From NCBI GenBank assembly GCA_041937175.2, contig CP166615.1, forward strand, positions 3,232,001 through 3,296,000: a stretch of 64,000 bases of DNA. The letters are read 5' to 3'. Position 1 is the stretch's first letter, and each line of letters opens with the position of its first letter. Below are positions 9,967 through 19,257 of the stretch, piece by piece. A program made the position numbers and the translations under genes. The notes under the pieces are model-generated. The model saw nothing but the letters and a program-made list of their open reading frames with translations. It made no database searches and had not been told where the DNA came from. Source of the DNA: Limnothrix sp. BL-A-16. Lineage in GTDB: Bacteria; Cyanobacteriota; Cyanobacteriia; CACIAM-69d.

Positions 9967-11055
9967 ATGACAACGCTCCCCCCGGCTTTAACTCCCTCTA
10001 ATTCTGTCGTGGTGATTGGCGCAGGTTTGGCGGGACTCACGGCAGCTCACCATCTTCAGGCGGCCGGGCGATCGGTCGTGGTGCTGGAAAAGTCCCGGGG
10101 TCTGGGTGGGCGGCTAAATACCCGTCGCCATTTGGACAGTCGGGCCGATCGGGGTGTGCCCTACCTGGAACCCCAGGGGCCCTTAACGGCAGCTTGGATT
10201 CAGGAACTGCAAAGCACCTGCGACCTGCAACCTTGGCCCCAACCGCTCCATCACCTGACCGCCGGGGGCTTGCAGACCATCCCAGGGGATCAACGCTGGG
10301 CCCTGCCCACTGGCTTGAGCAGCGCGGCCAAACAGTTAGCCACTGGGTTAACAATCGCCCGTGGCCACCGGGCCATTGCCCTGACGGCTCCGGCAAACCC
10401 GGGACAGCCTTGGACGATTCAGTGTGATTTTCCGGCGGCGATCGAACCGGAGCAACAGCAGGAATTTTGGACTGCTGGGGCGATCGTGCTGGCCATTCCA
10501 GCTCCCCAGGCGGCGGACTTGCTGGAGTCGGTGGCTCCCGACTGGGCCAAGCGGGCCCGCCAAGTAACCTTCGATCCCTGCTTCAGCGTCACGGCCGCCT
10601 ATCCCCCCGATCGGGAATTGCAGTTGCCCGGAGGGAAAGCTTGGCAGGGAATTCGGGCCCAAATTCCCACCGATTGGCGCTGGTTAGCCCGCGAAGACAG
10701 CAAGGCCGACGGGATCGGGGCCATGGGGCAACCGGTGTTGCTGTTGCAAAGTTCGGCCGCGGTGGCCGAGCGGCTGTGGGATGTGCCCACCCTGGAGGCC
10801 GTGGGGCAAGCGCTGCTCGATCGGGCCGGGGCTGATCTGGGCTTGGATCTGCAACAGCCCGAATGGATTCAGGTACACCGCTGGCGCTACGCGATCGCCC
10901 GTAACCCATTGGCTGAGGGGTGCTGGATTGATCCCGATCGGGCCCTGGCGGTGGCAGGAGACTGGTGTGTTGCTCATCCACCCGGGCAATCCCTGGAAGC
11001 GGCCCTGCGATCGGGACTATCCGCCGCCCAAGACCTGCTAGCCCATTGTTTTTAG
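9967..11055 (+). CDS. NAD(P)/FAD-dependent oxidoreductase (renalase-like)
   Basis: GAGLAG, EKSRGLGGR, HRWRYA and AGDWC motifs. Confidence 0.88.
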   Translation: MTTLPPALTPSNSVVVIGAGLAGLTAAHHLQAAGRSVVVLEKSRGLGGRLNTRRHLDSRADRGVPYLEPQGPLTAAWIQELQSTCDLQPWPQPLHHLTAGGLQTIPGDQRWALPTGLSSAAKQLATGLTIARGHRAIALTAPANPGQPWTIQCDFPAAIEPEQQQEFWTAGAIVLAIPAPQAADLLESVAPDWAKRARQVTFDPCFSVTAAYPPDRELQLPGGKAWQGIRAQIPTDWRWLAREDSKADGIGAMGQPVLLLQSSAAVAERLWDVPTLEAVGQALLDRAGADLGLDLQQPEWIQVHRWRYAIARNPLAEGCWIDPDRALAVAGDWCVAHPPGQSLEAALRSGLSAAQDLLAHCF

Positions 11056-11117
11056 GGCATCACTGGTTTAAGTCCCTGCCGTCGATCGGGGTTTGAATCG
11101 ATCGCGCCCCTAGGTTT

Positions 11118-11250
11118 GGGGAATTAGACCTGGGGAATTAGACCTGGGGAATTAGACCTGGGGAATTAGACCTGGGGAATTAGACCTGGGGAATTAGACA
11201 TGGGGAATTAGACCTGGGGAATTAGACCTGGGGAATTAGACCTGGGGAAT
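11118..11250. repeat. Tandem repeat of 14-bp GGGGAATTAGACCT, ~9.5 copies
   Basis: Directly visible; one copy has a C>A change. Confidence 0.97.
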
Positions 11251-11424
11251 CGCCTCGCCGGGAAACGCTTCCTCATATTCCGCAATCAAATCATCCAATT
11301 CTTCCAAGGCCTGGTTCACATCAATCCGAATCGGGCCCAAATCGGCTCGATCGAGCAGAGACAATAGATAATCCCGTTTGGCCACAATCGATCGCACCTG
11401 ATCTTTCAGCACTTGCACATCCAT
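11236..11424 (-). CDS. Small conserved cyanobacterial helical protein (62 aa)
   Basis: LGPIRIDVNQALEELDDLIAEY resembles a common cyanobacterial hypothetical. Confidence 0.7.
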   Translation of the reverse strand: MDVQVLKDQVRSIVAKRDYLLSLLDRADLGPIRIDVNQALEELDDLIAEYEEAFPGEAIPQV

Positions 11425-11590
11425 GGCAGAGTCATCCTCAGCTTTACTGGGGCGTTCTAAAGGGTTGGGGCAAAAGGTTTCGGGCCGGCTGTCCAGTCCT
11501 GTTGGTGCGGAGTTGGGGATCGCCCCATCCGCTGGACGAATGGGCCATTCCATCTCAGAATTTACATTAGTTCACGAATGGAACGCGATC

Positions 11591-12145
11591 GTGTTTGGCA
11601 GCCTTCCCCTTGCTCGAATTTTGCTTTATGCCGGTGGAGCCTTAACGGCGATCGCGGCAGTGGCCTACGTCATTGGTAACTCAACCCTGAATCTGATCAC
11701 CTTTTTTTATGGCGTGCCGGTGCTGTTGGGGGGCTTGGCCCTGAAGGCTGCGGAGTTGAAACCAGCCCCCTACAAAACTCCCACGTCTCCGGCAGTGGTC
11801 GCCCTGCGCGATCGCCTGGCCACGCCCACCCAAAACCAAGTCCGCAAGGACGTAACCCGCTATCGTTACGGCGAAGAGGCCCATCTTTCCTTGGCGTTGG
11901 AGCGTTTGGGCTTGGCCCCCACGGATCCTGAACGGCCCAAGTTGGTCAGTGTGGAAGAAGTGGATTTGCAGGGAGACTATGGGCTGATCTTGGAGTTTGA
12001 ATCTCCAAAAATGCCCTTTGAAACCTGGCAGACCAAGCGAGACAAGATTGAGCGCTTCTTTGGCCCCAACTTGCGAGCGGAGGTGGCCCAAGGCGAGGGT
12101 GCGATCGTGATTGTGTCGTTGATTTCACCAGCCCCGACGGCCTAG
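11591..12145 (+). CDS. DUF2854 domain protein
   Basis: Two N-terminal TMs; LGGLALKAAELKP and RKDVTRYRYGEEAHL motifs. Confidence 0.82.
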   Translation: MFGSLPLARILLYAGGALTAIAAVAYVIGNSTLNLITFFYGVPVLLGGLALKAAELKPAPYKTPTSPAVVALRDRLATPTQNQVRKDVTRYRYGEEAHLSLALERLGLAPTDPERPKLVSVEEVDLQGDYGLILEFESPKMPFETWQTKRDKIERFFGPNLRAEVAQGEGAIVIVSLISPAPTA

Positions 12146-12181
12146 ATCTCCCCACGGGCCTCGATCGGGGGCTGCTGCTGC

Positions 12182-13243
12182 CTAAGGCTCTTCGATCGCG
12201 GGTTGATCGCGCCGTTGCACCCCTAACCCTGGCTCGATCGGGGGCAACAACCGACCACCGGGCGCGATCGCCGCGCCCACAAAGGGATCGTCCATCAAGT
12301 TCAGATGACTATCCAAGTCCAAGTAGTCGGCCCAGGGGCCCAAATGCAGGGCAGCGGTGTTGGCCAAGGCACTGTCGGAGTAGCAGCCAAACATCACTTG
12401 CAAGCCACAGGCCCGCGCCGTGGCCACCAGCCCTTTGGCCGCCGTCAGTCCGCCGGATTTCATCAGCTTGATGTTGATGCCGTGGATGTGGGGCGCAAGC
12501 TGCGGAATATCTCGCTCATCAAAACAGCTTTCATCCACAAAAATCGGCAGGGGCGATCGCGCCTTTAGTTCCGCCAGTTGGGCTTCTTGGCCCACGGGCA
12601 AGGGCTGTTCCAGATACACCACGCCCCGATCGGCCAACCAGCGGGCCATTTCGATCGCCCCGGCCAAGTCCCAGCCCCCATTGGCATCCACCAAAATCTT
12701 GGCCGCTGGTGCTTCCGCCAACACGGCCTCCACCAGGGCCCGATCGGCCGCCAACCCCTCAGGGCTACCGAGCTTCAGCTTCAGCCAAGGGGTTGCAATC
12801 ACCGATCGCCACTGTTGAACCCGCTCCCGGGCCGCCGCCGGAGAGCCAATCCCGATCGTGACGGAAATGGGCGGAATCCGTGCCCGATCGCCCCCCCACA
12901 GTTGCCACAGGGACAACCCCGATCGCTTGCCCACCCAGTCCCACAGGGCCAGATCGATCGCCGCCCGGGCCGCCGAAGGCAGTGAGCGCACCCGATCGGC
13001 AATTTGCTGGCGATCGAGCGGGTGGCAGCCGGCCAGTTTTGGCCCGATCGACTCCAGAGCTTTGGCCAAGGCCTCAGTGGTTTGGGCGTGGGCCCCATGC
13101 ACCACCGGGGAAGCCTCGCCCCACCCTTCGTAGCCCTCTGCAAAGATCCGCAGCCAGAGATTGGTGTTGCCGTGGTTGGTGCCGCGACTGATGGTGAGGG
13201 GCGATCGCTTGGTGACCGTGAAACGTTCGACGCAAATTTGCAT
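12182..13243 (-). CDS. Dipeptide (L-Ala-D/L-Glu) epimerase, enolase superfamily
   Basis: KLKLG, VDANGGW, EQP, DES, NIKLMKSGG and DLD motifs. Confidence 0.9.
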   Translation of the reverse strand: MQICVERFTVTKRSPLTISRGTNHGNTNLWLRIFAEGYEGWGEASPVVHGAHAQTTEALAKALESIGPKLAGCHPLDRQQIADRVRSLPSAARAAIDLALWDWVGKRSGLSLWQLWGGDRARIPPISVTIGIGSPAAARERVQQWRSVIATPWLKLKLGSPEGLAADRALVEAVLAEAPAAKILVDANGGWDLAGAIEMARWLADRGVVYLEQPLPVGQEAQLAELKARSPLPIFVDESCFDERDIPQLAPHIHGINIKLMKSGGLTAAKGLVATARACGLQVMFGCYSDSALANTAALHLGPWADYLDLDSHLNLMDDPFVGAAIAPGGRLLPPIEPGLGVQRRDQPAIEEP

Positions 13244-13406
13244 TGCGAGGGAGGAGGGTAATAAATGGCTAGGGGGCGACCCATACCCGATCGCCCCATT
13301 AATCAAACGTTAATCCGCCATTAACCCATCCAACTGTGCTCAGGCAACCTCTTGCAAACTCTTTCAATCGCCCTGATGCAAGTGTGCCAAGATCCCCTAA
13401 ACTCTA

Positions 13407-13425
13407 ATTGAATAGTTTTCTCAAT
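13407..13425. promoter_or_regulatory. Putative Fur box
   Basis: AT-rich 19-bp dyad ATTGA-N9-TCAAT upstream of a 2Fe-2S protein gene. Confidence 0.5.
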
Positions 13426-13511
13426 AAATCAAGCCTGATGGGCTGAAGCGGGGGTGGCGATCGACGTGCCCCCTTTGTTTAGCCTCCCTTATTGCAAATC
13501 TTTCTGGATAG

Positions 13512-14348
13512 TTGGAGGACTTCGTGAAGCCGTTTTCGTTCGATCGCCCCTTGCATAACGCCCATAATCCTTTCAACCCCGCCACGCCCCCTCGGCTTGG
13601 GCTGCAATCGGTCTTTTATCCCTTTAAAAAACGCCAATTTTTCCAACTGAGCGGTCGCATTTGTGCCACCCACACGGACAAGGCCGGCCGCTGCAAGGCG
13701 CTTCAACTCGAAACCGACGGACGCATCGAACAGATCAAGCTGGCCAAGCCGTTGCGATCGCGCCTGGGCCACACCTTGCATGTGGGCAGTTGGGTTTCCC
13801 TGGCGGGCACGGCCAAATGTCATCCCCACAAAGGGTGGGTGAAGTTCAAGGCCAAGGCCCTCACGGGATCTTCGGTGCAACCCATGGAACCCATGGGGCG
13901 ATCGCCCTTCAGTCGTTCGGCCAATTTGCCCTGGACTCGGCAACCGGCAGCGCCCCCAACGCGCCCCGCTGCGGCTCCCATGCCCCAACGGGCCCCCTTC
14001 GCGCCGCCCGCACAGTCCACCTCACCCGATCGGTCATTTGCGCGCCCAACCGATCGCTCAACCGATTGCTCAACCACGGGCCCTTCCAACCGCCCCGTCG
14101 GCAGAATTCTGATTTGTCAAAAGTCCAGTTGTCGGAAGCGGGGCAGCGATGGCGTTTGCCGGGCCATTAACCAGGCGTTAGCCGATCGGGGACTGAGCGA
14201 TCGGGTCAAGGTACAAACCACGGGCTGTCTCAAGGAATGTAGCCGCGGCCCGGCGGTGGTGACCCTTCCGGACAAAACCCGCCACACCCGGATCTCGCCC
14301 GATCGGATCCCCGAGCTGATTGAAACCCACTTCGGGCAACTGTCTTAG
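13512..14348 (+). CDS. Thioredoxin-like [2Fe-2S] ferredoxin domain protein with N-terminal OB-like region
   Basis: C-terminal CQKSSC...GCLKECSRGP Cys pattern. Confidence 0.8.
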   Translation: MEDFVKPFSFDRPLHNAHNPFNPATPPRLGLQSVFYPFKKRQFFQLSGRICATHTDKAGRCKALQLETDGRIEQIKLAKPLRSRLGHTLHVGSWVSLAGTAKCHPHKGWVKFKAKALTGSSVQPMEPMGRSPFSRSANLPWTRQPAAPPTRPAAAPMPQRAPFAPPAQSTSPDRSFARPTDRSTDCSTTGPSNRPVGRILICQKSSCRKRGSDGVCRAINQALADRGLSDRVKVQTTGCLKECSRGPAVVTLPDKTRHTRISPDRIPELIETHFGQLS

Positions 14349-14887
14349 GGTTTATCCTCCAATTCCTCAAACCCTGATGCCACCGTTAGCCGATCGGGGA
14401 GAACAAGGGGCTGAAGGCTTGTCGCTCAATAGTCCACAACCCTGATGCCACCGTTAGCCGATCGGGGAGAACAAGGGGCTGAAGGCTTGTCGCTCAATAG
14501 TCCACAACCCTGATGCCACCGTTAGCCGATCAAGGGACTGAAGGCTTGTCGCTCAATAGTCCACAACCCTGATGCCACCGTTAGCCGATCAGGGGGGACA
14601 AGGGGCTGAAGGCTTGTCGCTCAATAGTCCACAACCCTGATGCCACCGTTAGCCGATCAGGGGGGACAAGGGGCTGAAGGCTTGTCGCTCAATAGTCCAC
14701 AACCCTGATGCCACCGTTAGCCGATCGGGGAGAACAAGGGGCTGAAGGCTTGTCGCTCAATAGTCCACAACCCTGATGCCACCGTTAGCCGATCAGGGGG
14801 GACAAGGGGCTTAAGCCCCTTGTTACGACGATTGGGGCATAGAAAATTAACCATTTCTGCTGGATTCCAGGAACAAGCGACAGGCTC
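14348..14887. mobile_element. MITE-like element (end-type A) with internal tandem amplification
   Basis: TA-GGG left end, ...GCGACAGGCTC-TA right end, palindrome at 14803-14822; homologous to 45875-46016. Confidence 0.65.
14370..14811. repeat. Tandem array of a 68-bp unit (6 full copies, one shortened to 59 bp, plus a partial 7th)
   Basis: Unit starts at 14370, 14438, 14506, 14565, 14633, 14701, 14769. Confidence 0.95.
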
Positions 14888-15192
14888 TAGGGTCTGTCGT
14901 TTTCTTTCTGAAACCCTGATGTTTGCGTCGCGAGACCTGGAAAAACAGAGGCATTGCCGAGAGAACTCGCATTTTGGTAACTAACCAATGCAAAGTTCTA
15001 CAGTCTGTTAAAAATTGCGAGCGATCGGTCACAACTCCTTTCCATCTCAGGATTTCACCGATATTCTGGGGTTCAGAAGCGGTAGATAAAAATCGAGTTG
15101 GATCTTCTCGGCGGGGGTGTGTAACATCTCTGCCGATTGTTTTTCTCAGTTCCTCAACCGTTCTTGATCCGTTTCTCAAGGTTTTCCAACTT

Positions 15193-15579
15193 ATGAAGCA
15201 GTCGATGATGTCTCTGCCGGCGATCGCCTTGGCCATTGGACTCGGTTTGGCAGTTCCAGTGATTGAAAGCGCGATCACTCCGTCGGTGGTTTTGGCCCAA
15301 AGCTTGCCCACCGGCACATTTTCCGATGGGGAATGGACGGTGCGCCTTGCTTACCAAGGCAACGCTCTTACCTATTACGGCCGCAATGAAAATAGCGGGG
15401 ATTCATTGTTTTTGAGCGGGGCTTCCGTGGGCGGCAATGCCAGCCGCCGCACCTACACCTGGAACAATAGCGGCCATCGCTATCGAGTGAGCTGGCAACC
15501 GTCGGATCCAGACACGATTCGGGTGGAAGTGTTTTCGCCCAATGGTCGCAACATTCTGAATCGACTGCTGTATCGCTAG
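15193..15579 (+). CDS. Small secreted beta-rich protein
   Basis: Signal peptide ending VLA-Q; beta-strand-rich mature part. Confidence 0.75.
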   Translation: MKQSMMSLPAIALAIGLGLAVPVIESAITPSVVLAQSLPTGTFSDGEWTVRLAYQGNALTYYGRNENSGDSLFLSGASVGGNASRRTYTWNNSGHRYRVSWQPSDPDTIRVEVFSPNGRNILNRLLYR

Positions 15580-15619
15580 GGTTGCAAGACCTGGGAATGA
15601 TCGCCAGAGTGATGCCCTC

Positions 15620-16342
15620 TCAAAACAACAGGCGCGATCGCAGTCGGTCTCCCCATTGATTGAGCTGCTCTAGCCACTGACCACCCCGATCGCGCCATTG
15701 TTGCCAAGTTTCCGCTAAATTCACCAGTCGATCGACCCGCAGATCCACATTTTGGGTCGGGTACTTTTGCAGTAACTCCAACAGGGAAACTTGACCGTCA
15801 TTCTCCGCCGCGGCCATCAGGGCCCGGCGGAGATTTTGATGGTTGTCGGTGCGTTTGGGCCCTTGCAACACCTGGCTCAACTGCTCCAACAGGATTGCGC
15901 CCTGGGAACTGGCCAGGGCCCGATCGAGCAACCCAGCAGGCATGGTCACCCGTTGGGTCAAAATTTGGCGCACCCGATCGGGTCGTTGCTGGCTCAGGAT
16001 CAAATAGGTTTCCAAATCATCCGAGAGTTCTCCCCGATCGGCCCAAGTCACCAAATCGGTGACCGGCAAGGCTCCCCCCAAAGGGCCGTAGCGCAGGGTG
16101 ATGGTTTCCGCCGCGATCGCGGGGCCAGTCCCGGCTCCCCAGGCGATCGCGAGGCTGGCGATCGAACCGGTCATCCAACGGGCCAGGGCGCGATCGGGTA
16201 GCCGGGCGTGATGAATGGAATCAAGGCGAGCTGCTCGCTTAGGTCGATCGAGACAGGGGCGATCGGGAAGAAAGGTCGGCACTGGAATTGGAATTGGATG
16301 AAGAAGGGTCGCGGGAAGAGTTGGGGAACGCGGGCAATTCAT
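15620..16342 (-). CDS. DUF1400 (alpha/beta hydrolase-associated) protein
   Basis: AIAAETITLRYGP and VSLLELLQKYPT motifs; start uncertain. Confidence 0.78.
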   Translation of the reverse strand: MNCPRSPTLPATLLHPIPIPVPTFLPDRPCLDRPKRAARLDSIHHARLPDRALARWMTGSIASLAIAWGAGTGPAIAAETITLRYGPLGGALPVTDLVTWADRGELSDDLETYLILSQQRPDRVRQILTQRVTMPAGLLDRALASSQGAILLEQLSQVLQGPKRTDNHQNLRRALMAAAENDGQVSLLELLQKYPTQNVDLRVDRLVNLAETWQQWRDRGGQWLEQLNQWGDRLRSRLLF

Positions 16343-17090
16343 GAACCGACTCAGCGGGAGGATTCAGGGGCGGAGCCGGAGCCACCCGCTGGGCCGGACG
16401 GGGCAAATCATCACGCCAAGGGCCCAGCAGTTGCACCGAAACCCAGGCATAGCCCGCATAGGCCGGAATGGTGACCGCCGCGAGCAGGGCGGCAATTCCC
16501 CAACCCCAATTGCGGAAGCCGGGCCCTTGGTATTGGGTGCGATAGGGATCAAAGGGCAGAGCTGATAAGTCCAGTTCGTCGCGCAAGTGCAGCGGCCGGC
16601 GAAATCGCACCCGGCGATCATCAAACTTTTCCAACAAAATCCAACCGGCCAGGGCTTCTTCGCGACAAAGTTGGGCAAAGGTGACAGGATTGGCAAAGAG
16701 GGGGCGCTTGGCGCGCACAATTTTGTATTCCCACTCGATCGCCTGGCGCTCCGAAGGCGCGGTGTCCAGGGGGGGCAAGGCGGCCACGGCCGGATCGATC
16801 GGGCGGTGCAAACTCCGCAAAAACTCAACGCAATCGATTAAGTCGGGCTGTGGTGCGAGGTCGCATTGTCCGGCGCTGGGGTCTACTGCCCGTAGCACCG
16901 ATGTGAAGTTTTGGGGCGATCGGCTGGCGGGGGAACGGGGCATCCGGCGCGTGGGCCACAAGGGCACCTCACGGGAATCGGTATCGTAATCATCGCGATC
17001 GTAATCATCGCGGTAATGATCAAAACCTTCTTCGCGAGCTTCATCCGCCGAGGGAAAGCCGGAAGCATCGGGGCCGGATTGCACCGTCAT
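16239..17090 (-). CDS. Hypothetical membrane protein
   Basis: WEYKIVR...EEALAGWILLEKFDDRRVRFRRP conserved-looking core plus TM helix. Confidence 0.65.
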   Translation of the reverse strand: MTVQSGPDASGFPSADEAREEGFDHYRDDYDRDDYDTDSREVPLWPTRRMPRSPASRSPQNFTSVLRAVDPSAGQCDLAPQPDLIDCVEFLRSLHRPIDPAVAALPPLDTAPSERQAIEWEYKIVRAKRPLFANPVTFAQLCREEALAGWILLEKFDDRRVRFRRPLHLRDELDLSALPFDPYRTQYQGPGFRNWGWGIAALLAAVTIPAYAGYAWVSVQLLGPWRDDLPRPAQRVAPAPPLNPPAESVHELPAFPNSSRDPSSSNSNSSADLSSRSPLSRST

Positions 17091-17184
17091 TGCTGCTGAA
17101 GCCTGTTGGAATGCGTATGGTGGAATGCGTATGGTGAAATGCGTACCGTGGAAGATGTATCCGCTTTGGGCATTGGGTGGCGAG

Positions 17185-18291
17185 ATGGGCCTCATTGTAT
17201 CTGAGATATTTGCGTTGGTCGGTGGTGGGCTGGGCCAGACCCGGAGCCAGGAAACGGGTGATCGATCGACCCTTCAGCGATCGATCATTCAGGGGCGATC
17301 GGCCCCTTGGCGCTGGTTGCTTTGGGGGGCGATCGCCCTGGGGCCCGTTCTGATGCCCATCACCCATGCCCAAGCCGCTGAACCACCCACCCCCGAGGGC
17401 AACAGCAACCCCTGCGGCCCAGCGGTGCTCGATCGACTGGTTCGCCATCGGTTGGCCGCCGGAGAAACCGTCGAAAGCCTCGCCAGTCGCTATAACCTGC
17501 TGCCCAGCACCCTGCTGGCCCTGAATCCCAACCTGCGGGGCGGCCAACTGCCCAAACCCGGCACGGAAATTTTGATTGCTCCCATTAACGGAATTCGGGT
17601 GGAAACCCAACCGGGCGACAATTGGCAGTCGATCGCCCAGCAATACCGCGTTCGGGCCGACTCCCTGTTTACGGTCAATGGTTGCCAGGCCCAACCGGGT
17701 CGATCGGTCTTTGTGCCCGGTGTGCTTTGGTCCCCGATCGACCCTGGAGTCAGCGCACCCCCCAGCGCCAGCGACCCGGACAACGACCTGCTGCGCTATC
17801 CCCTGTCGGAAATTAGCCGCCCCCTAACGGACTTTGGCTGGCAAGTGGGGCCCACCGGAGCCGCCGTCTTTAACAGTTACATCACCCTCGAAGCCCGACC
17901 CAGCGCCGTCGTCCTGGCCGTTGGGCCCGGAACCGTCGCCTTTGTGGGCCCCAACTCCGGCTATCCAGGGCAACTGGTGGTGGTCAACCATCAGGGCGGC
18001 CGCCAAACCCGCTATGCCAACCTGGGGGCCACCTCCGTCCAGCGCGGGCAACGGGTCAACGCGGGCAGTCGCCTGGGCACGATCCCCAGCCGCCCCGCCA
18101 ACGGCCGCAGCCGTGGCCTGTGGTTTGAAGTTCGCTACAACTCCTCCGTGGGCTGGGTGGCGCAAAATCCTGGCCCCTATCTGCAACGGATGGAACCGGC
18201 GCGATCGACCCCGCCCAGCTCCACCGCCCCCACTGGCAACCGACCCAGCCCGCGCCCAAGTCCGCCCCGTAACGGTTCCAGCAATCGATGA
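17185..18291 (+). CDS. LysM + M23 peptidase-like protein
   Basis: Two LysM repeats; C-terminal M23 fold (GQLVVVNH...TRYANL). Confidence 0.85.
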   Translation: MGLIVSEIFALVGGGLGQTRSQETGDRSTLQRSIIQGRSAPWRWLLWGAIALGPVLMPITHAQAAEPPTPEGNSNPCGPAVLDRLVRHRLAAGETVESLASRYNLLPSTLLALNPNLRGGQLPKPGTEILIAPINGIRVETQPGDNWQSIAQQYRVRADSLFTVNGCQAQPGRSVFVPGVLWSPIDPGVSAPPSASDPDNDLLRYPLSEISRPLTDFGWQVGPTGAAVFNSYITLEARPSAVVLAVGPGTVAFVGPNSGYPGQLVVVNHQGGRQTRYANLGATSVQRGQRVNAGSRLGTIPSRPANGRSRGLWFEVRYNSSVGWVAQNPGPYLQRMEPARSTPPSSTAPTGNRPSPRPSPPRNGSSNR

Positions 18292-18381
18292 CGGTTGGTC
18301 TTCGCTTCTGAATTGACCGCGATCGCCCGACCCGATAAGGTTCTAGGAGGAAATTTCTAGCGCAATAGGCAACCCCGAACC

Positions 18382-19107
18382 TTGGCTAAGACCGTCATTG
18401 CAGGCAACTGGAAAATGTATAAAACCCAGGCCGAAACCCTGGAGTTTTTGAAGCCCTTCGTTGAGCAAATCGCCGAAACCCCGGACGATCGCGAAATTGT
18501 GCTGTGCGTTCCCTTCACGGATCTCAGCGTGCTGTCCAATGCTCTTCACGGCAGCCGCATCCGCATCGGCGCGCAAAACGTCCATTGGGAAGCCAACGGA
18601 GCCTACACCGGCGAAATTTCGGCTGAAATGCTGACCGAACTGGGTGTTCGCTACGTGGTGGTGGGCCACAGCGAACGGCGGCAATATTTTGGTGAAACCG
18701 ACGAAACCGTCAACCGCCGATTGAAGGCGGCCCAAGCGGCCGGTTTGATCCCGATTTTGTGTGTGGGCGAAACCAAACAACAGCGCGACGCAGGCGAAAC
18801 CCAAACCCACATTGCCCAACAATTGAAGGCGGGGTTGGTGGGCGTGAACCTGAGCAATTTGGTGATTGCCTATGAACCCATTTGGGCGATCGGCACCGGG
18901 GACACCTGCGAATCCAAAGAGGCCAACCGAGTGATTGGCTGGATTCGCGATCAACTCAATGGTGAAGACTTGCCGATTCAATACGGCGGTTCCGTCAAGC
19001 CCGAGTTGATTGATGAAATCATGGCCCAACCGGAAATTAACGGTGTGTTGGTTGGTGGCGCGAGCCTTGACCCGATCGGCTTTGCTCGGATTGTGAACTA
19101 TCAATAA
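18382..19107 (+). CDS. tpiA: Triosephosphate isomerase
   Basis: [35 protein letters not shown]. Confidence 0.98.
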   Translation: MAKTVIAGNWKMYKTQAETLEFLKPFVEQIAETPDDREIVLCVPFTDLSVLSNALHGSRIRIGAQNVHWEANGAYTGEISAEMLTELGVRYVVVGHSERRQYFGETDETVNRRLKAAQAAGLIPILCVGETKQQRDAGETQTHIAQQLKAGLVGVNLSNLVIAYEPIWAIGTGDTCESKEANRVIGWIRDQLNGEDLPIQYGGSVKPELIDEIMAQPEINGVLVGGASLDPIGFARIVNYQ

Positions 19108-19176
19108 TTGCCATCGTTATTGTCACAATCTGCTCCATTGCTTTTCCCTGTTTCTCTCATCAACTGCTAACCAATA

Positions 19177-19216
19177 GGCAGGCGATCGGGTCGGAATATC
19201 CGCTTGATCGCCTGCT
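19177..19216. terminator. Hairpin between convergent tpiA and protease genes
   Basis: GCAGGCGATC...GATCGCCTGC inverted repeat. Confidence 0.55.
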
Positions 19217-19257
19217 TTCGTTATGATTTCTCGTGTGTGATTTTTAGCGCATGACTC

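Noticed and set aside
11118..11250. Mini CRISPR array
   Set aside because: Contiguous 14-bp units with no spacers
14370..14811. Second CRISPR array
   Set aside because: Units are near-identical throughout with no unique spacers
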